This document shows positions 60,149-64,000 of a stretch of 64,000 bases of DNA, in pieces. This DNA is from an uncultured Acidobacteriota bacterium (GTDB lineage: Bacteria > Acidobacteriota > UBA6911): NCBI GenBank assembly GCA_963843575.1, contig CAWJKZ010000026.1:32001-96000 (forward strand), given 5' to 3'. The notes beneath the pieces were generated by a model. It was not told the DNA's origin. It did not search any database and saw only the letters and a list, made by a program, of their open reading frames with translations. Position 1 is the first letter of the stretch, and every line of letters begins with the position of its first letter. The position numbers and the translations under genes were made by a program.

Positions 60149-60355
60149 ATGCCCGGAACGTACAAGATCACGGAACTCGTCGGGACGTCGCCCACGAGTT
60201 TTGCCGAGGCCGTCAAAACGGCGGTTGAAGAAGCGTCGCTTACGGTGCGCCACATGGATTGGTTCGAAGTGGTGGCACAGCGCGGCCGCATCCAGGGGGG
60301 AAAGGTCGTCGAGTTCCAGGTCACCATCAAGGTCGGGTTCAAAATCGAGCGCTGA
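60149..60355 (+). CDS. Dodecin flavin-binding protein
   Basis: YKITELVGTS, MDWFEV, RGRI, FQVTIKVGF; GGAGG RBS. Confidence 0.9.
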   Translation: MPGTYKITELVGTSPTSFAEAVKTAVEEASLTVRHMDWFEVVAQRGRIQGGKVVEFQVTIKVGFKIER

Positions 60356-60455
60356 CGGACGGAATCGAGGTTCCCTCGTGACCCTCGAGCATTGGAGGTG
60401 ATGTTCGAAGCCATCCTCCGAGTATCCCGAGTTTGCACGGGGGAACAGTCGGCCG

Positions 60456-61328
60456 TCAGCCGCGGACGGACGCTGCGGGGATCTTAGCGACGAGGTCCTT
60501 CATCTCGGCGATGCTTTCGGCGCCGATCGTGAAGCAGTCCAGCACATCCTGGCCCAGCGCGTACTGCAGCGCCGTGTCCACGGTGCCGCGCAGTTTGCCC
60601 TGGCCCAGGATCTTCATCCCGACGATCCCCTTTCCCGCTGTCTTCATTTCTTTCAGGACCGAGATCACGGTCTGCGGATCGGCGTCCATGTAGGCGCTTG
60701 CCGGGTTGAGGCGGGCTAGGTCGACGTCGACCCACGGGGTGACCGCGGCCGTCCTCAACGCGCCGATGCTGTGGCACGAGAGCCCGTGCGCCCGAATCGT
60801 CTTCTTCTCCTTCGCCTCGCTCAGGACGGCCATGGCGCCCCGTTTCTTCTCCGGCCACGCCGGGTCCGTGACGGCGTGCAGGAGGACGATGTCGATGTAG
60901 TCCGTGTCGAGTTCCTTACGGAATCGGTCGAGGTCCTTGCGCATCTCGGCCTCTGTGGTCGCGGCGGTCTTGGTCATGAGTACCACCCTGTCGCGCGGGA
61001 CGGTTCTGAGGGCTTCGCGCACGTGGGGATGGCTGCCGTAGCCGTCGGCGGTGTCCCAGAAGTTGAGGCCCTGGTCCACGCCGGCCCGAAATAGCTCCGC
61101 GAGGCCCTGGATGCCGAGCTTGCGGGTCTGGTTGGAACTCCCCTGGTAGCCGATCGTGCCGCTCCCCTGCGCCAGCCGGGAGAGCTTGATGCCGGTCCGG
61201 CCGAGCGTGACGATGTCCTGGGCGTGTTTCCTGGTCTCTGCTGCGAAAAGGTGGAAGGGGAAGTTCTGCGTCTGCAGGAAAGCGGCACCGGTCAGGGCGC
61301 CGTATCGCAGGAAGTGGCGGCGTTTCAT
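60456..61328 (-). CDS. Aldo/keto reductase with Tat-like leader
   Basis: MKRRHFL, LGRTG, WDTADGYG, TK, DYIDIVLLH, GLSCH, GMK. Confidence 0.88.
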   Translation of the reverse strand: MKRRHFLRYGALTGAAFLQTQNFPFHLFAAETRKHAQDIVTLGRTGIKLSRLAQGSGTIGYQGSSNQTRKLGIQGLAELFRAGVDQGLNFWDTADGYGSHPHVREALRTVPRDRVVLMTKTAATTEAEMRKDLDRFRKELDTDYIDIVLLHAVTDPAWPEKKRGAMAVLSEAKEKKTIRAHGLSCHSIGALRTAAVTPWVDVDLARLNPASAYMDADPQTVISVLKEMKTAGKGIVGMKILGQGKLRGTVDTALQYALGQDVLDCFTIGAESIAEMKDLVAKIPAASVRG

Positions 61329-61398
61329 CGATGGATCCTCCGTGGGAATGTCTCTAGCAATGTTAGCATATGGCAATTAGACCGGGCTCGAGAGGCTG

Positions 61399-61678
61399 TC
61401 CAACGGTTGACGAATTTGGAGTGGGGCGCCTCGGCGCCGCTTTCACTCGTCCTACGGCAGGAATGCTCGGCGCCTCGGCGCCACGCCGGATTGCGAGATG
61501 CGACCCTGCGACCTCGGCCTTTGGTGGCGCCGAGGCGCCGCCACCAAAGCGGCGTCGAGCCGCCGCACTCCACAATCTATGTGGCGACGGGGGTACGTTA
61601 TAGTGACCGCAAACAGCGTCCGGGCTGAAGACCGGACCCACTTGTATCTTGTTTGGATCGGGCAAATCAACCGTTGGA
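61399..61678. repeat. Composite REP mosaic bounded by a 12-bp inverted repeat
   Basis: TCCAACGGTTGA (61399-61410) / TCAACCGTTGGA (61667-61678); contains two REP types. Confidence 0.65.
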
Positions 61679-61721
61679 TATAATGCCAATGTTGCCTGGA
61701 GATGCCGTAAAAGGAGGCCAG

Positions 61722-63138
61722 ATGCAGCCGACGGGGGCCGCGGGTACCCAGCTCGTTCAGGGGCTCAGGCTGTTCGATGCCACCACGATCATCATGGGAA
61801 GCATGATCGGGTCCGGCATTTTCATCGTTTCCGCCGACATGGCGCGGTTGCTCCGCTCCCCGGGGCTGCTTCTGCTGGCCTGGGGGATCACCGCCCTGAT
61901 GACGGTGCTCGCTGCGCTCAGCTACGGGGAGCTGGCGGCGGCGCTGCCGCGCGCGGGCGGCCAGTATGTTTTCCTGCGCGAGGCATTCGGCCCGCTGTTC
62001 GGCTTTCTGTACGGGTGGACTCTCTTCCTGGTCATACAGACCGGCACGATCGCGGCCGTGGCTGTGGCGTTCGCCAAGTTCCTGGGATTGTTTGTTCCCT
62101 GGGTTTCTGCCGCGCGCGTTCTCGTGCCGCTGCCGTTCGGCGCCAGCCTGTCGAGCCTGCAGCTCTCGGCGATCGCGGTCATCGCCCTCCTGACTTGGGT
62201 GAACTGCCGCGGGTTGCGCGAAGGGGCGATCGTGCAGAACGTCTTCACCGTGGCCAAGACGGGCGGGTTGCTGGCCCTTGTGGCGGCGGGTTTTCTGCGG
62301 CCCGCGAACCCTGCGGCACTCGAAGCGAACTTCACCCGGTTCTTGCCCGGGGATTTTAACCTTGCGGTCCTCGCGGTGCTCGGCGGGGCCCTGGTCGGGT
62401 CGCTGTTTTCGTCCGACGCGTGGAACAACGTCACGTTCACCGGCAGCGAGGTCGTGAATCCGAAGCGCAACCTGCCGCTGTCGCTGTTCCTGGGTACGGC
62501 GGCCGTTTCGCTGATCTATCTCGCGACGAATTGCGTTTACCTCAGGACGCTGACGCTGGAGGCGATCGCGTCGGCACCGGAAGACCGGGTCGGGACGCTT
62601 GCGGCGCAGAGCACTCATGGGGCCGTGGGGGCTGACGTTCGTCAACGCGGCGATCCTCATCTCGACCTTCGGCTGCACCAACGGGTTGATCCTGGCCGGC
62701 GCCCGGGTGTACTACGCGATGGCGCGGGACGGGCTGTTTTTCCGCCGCGTGGCCGAGGTCTCGCCGAAATCGCACACACCGGTCTTCTCCCTGGTCCTGC
62801 AGGCGGTCTGGGCCTCGTTGCTCGCCCTGAGCGGAACCTACAGCGACTTGCTCGACTACGTAATCTTCGCCGCGCTGCTGTTCTATGTCCTGACGGTCAC
62901 GGGGCTGTTCGTGCTGCGCAGGAAGCGCCCGGACCTGGAGCGGCCGTACCGGGCCTTCGGTTACCCAGTGCTGCCGGCGCTCTACGTCGCGCTCGCGACG
63001 CTGGTCATGCTGGACCTGTTGTGGGTGAAGCCCGCGTTCACGTGGCCGGGTCTCGGCATCGTGCTGACCGGGGTCCCGGTCTATTATTTCTGGCACTCGA
63101 GGAAACCGGCCGGGGTTTTGCCGCGGCGGCGCGGGTGA
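61722..63138 (+). CDS. APC-family amino acid permease (frameshift near 62615)
   Basis: GSMIGSGIF, YGELAAALPRAGGQYVFLRE, EVVNPKRNLP, ARVYYAMARDG, RPYRAFGYP; AAGGAGG RBS. Confidence 0.9.
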
Positions 63139-63179
63139 GGCCGCTGGACCGGAAAGCGGTTTCTGGATAGGCTCATGGT

Positions 63180-64000
63180 ATGGAACGGCTGAAGGCCCGC
63201 ATCTTCACAATCTGGTGTTGGACGGGGTGCGGCCTGAGCACTGCCTTCTGGGCCACCGTCTCCATCTTCGGCAGTGTGTTTTCCAGGACCGGCAGGTTGC
63301 AGCACTTCTGCATGAAGCGCTGGTCGCGGGACAATCTCTGGCTGAGCCGCGCGCGGGTGGAGATCGAAGGGCTCGAGCACGTCGATCCCGCGCACCCGCA
63401 GATCCTGGCGGCCAACCACAGCGGGCTGCACGACATCCTCTCGCTTTCGGCTCACCTCCCGATCCAGTTTCGCTGGGTGGCCAAGAAATCCCTCTTCAAG
63501 GTGCCCTTCATGGGCTGGCACATGCGTCGCTCCGGCTACATCCCCATCGATCGGGAAAACCCGCGCGAGGCCGCCCGCAGCATCATCGAAGCCGTCCCGG
63601 ATCATCCGGGACGGCGTGCACGCGATCGCCTTCCCCGAGGGGACCCGCAGCCGGACGGGAGAGCTGGGGGCATTTCGCAGCGGCGCGTTTGCGCTGGCGC
63701 TCAAGACCGGCGTCCCGCTCGTCCCCGTGACGCTGGAAGGGAGTTACCGCGTGATCATGCCCAAGACACCGCAGGTGAATCCGGGCACGATCATCCGGAT
63801 CAAGATCGGCGCGCCCATCGATCTCTCGGCGTACGGCAAGGCCGATAGGCACAGGCTCATGGACGACCTGCGGCGGATCATGGAGACGAACCTGGCGGAA
63901 CTGCGCCTCCGCAGGCGTGCGGACGAGGAGAGGGAAGACGCGGTGTTCCGGTGGATTTACGGACGCACCGGGGCCCCGGATTATGCCAGCCTGCGCGCGA
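63180..64000 (+). CDS. plsC: 1-acyl-sn-glycerol-3-phosphate acyltransferase (frameshift near 63598; runs off window end)
   Basis: ANHSGLHD, VAKKSLF, IPIDR, FPEGTRS, PLVPV. Confidence 0.85.

Noticed and set aside
61410-61580. Possible CRISPR array
   Set aside because: Repeats are inverted, irregularly spaced and REP-like; no cas genes in the window

Overview
GC-rich bacterial chromosomal segment; gene content and protein styles suggest Acidobacteria or similar (inference). No rRNA, tRNA, CRISPR array, prophage or intact transposase was seen. In order: a cobalamin riboswitch upstream of a btuF-like gene; mtnA-tsaD; a ~15 kb LPS/O-antigen cluster (GT2/GT4/GT9, wzm/wzt, O-antigen ligase, epimerase); icd, esterase, tnaA, atl, queG, thyA; a 171-bp MITE; two genes (BCP peroxiredoxin and a secreted DUF1573-type protein) with in-frame UGA at the conserved Cys and SECIS-like hairpins, i.e. 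candidate selenoproteins missed by the ORF track; an NTT-HEAT transporter / cNMP-binding / kinase / receiver operon; two GT-C-like membrane proteins; bacterial topoisomerase VI; a 1386-aa secreted multidomain metalloprotease; two ECF sigma/anti-sigma modules, one with a Yip1-pseudo-signal-peptidase fusion; a hexuronate cluster (uxaE, uxuB-like, LarA-family epimerase, uxaA); dodecin, aldo/keto reductase, an APC permease and plsC. About nine genes carry small frameshifts, most likely consensus errors. All calls come from motif recognition by eye; no searches were run.
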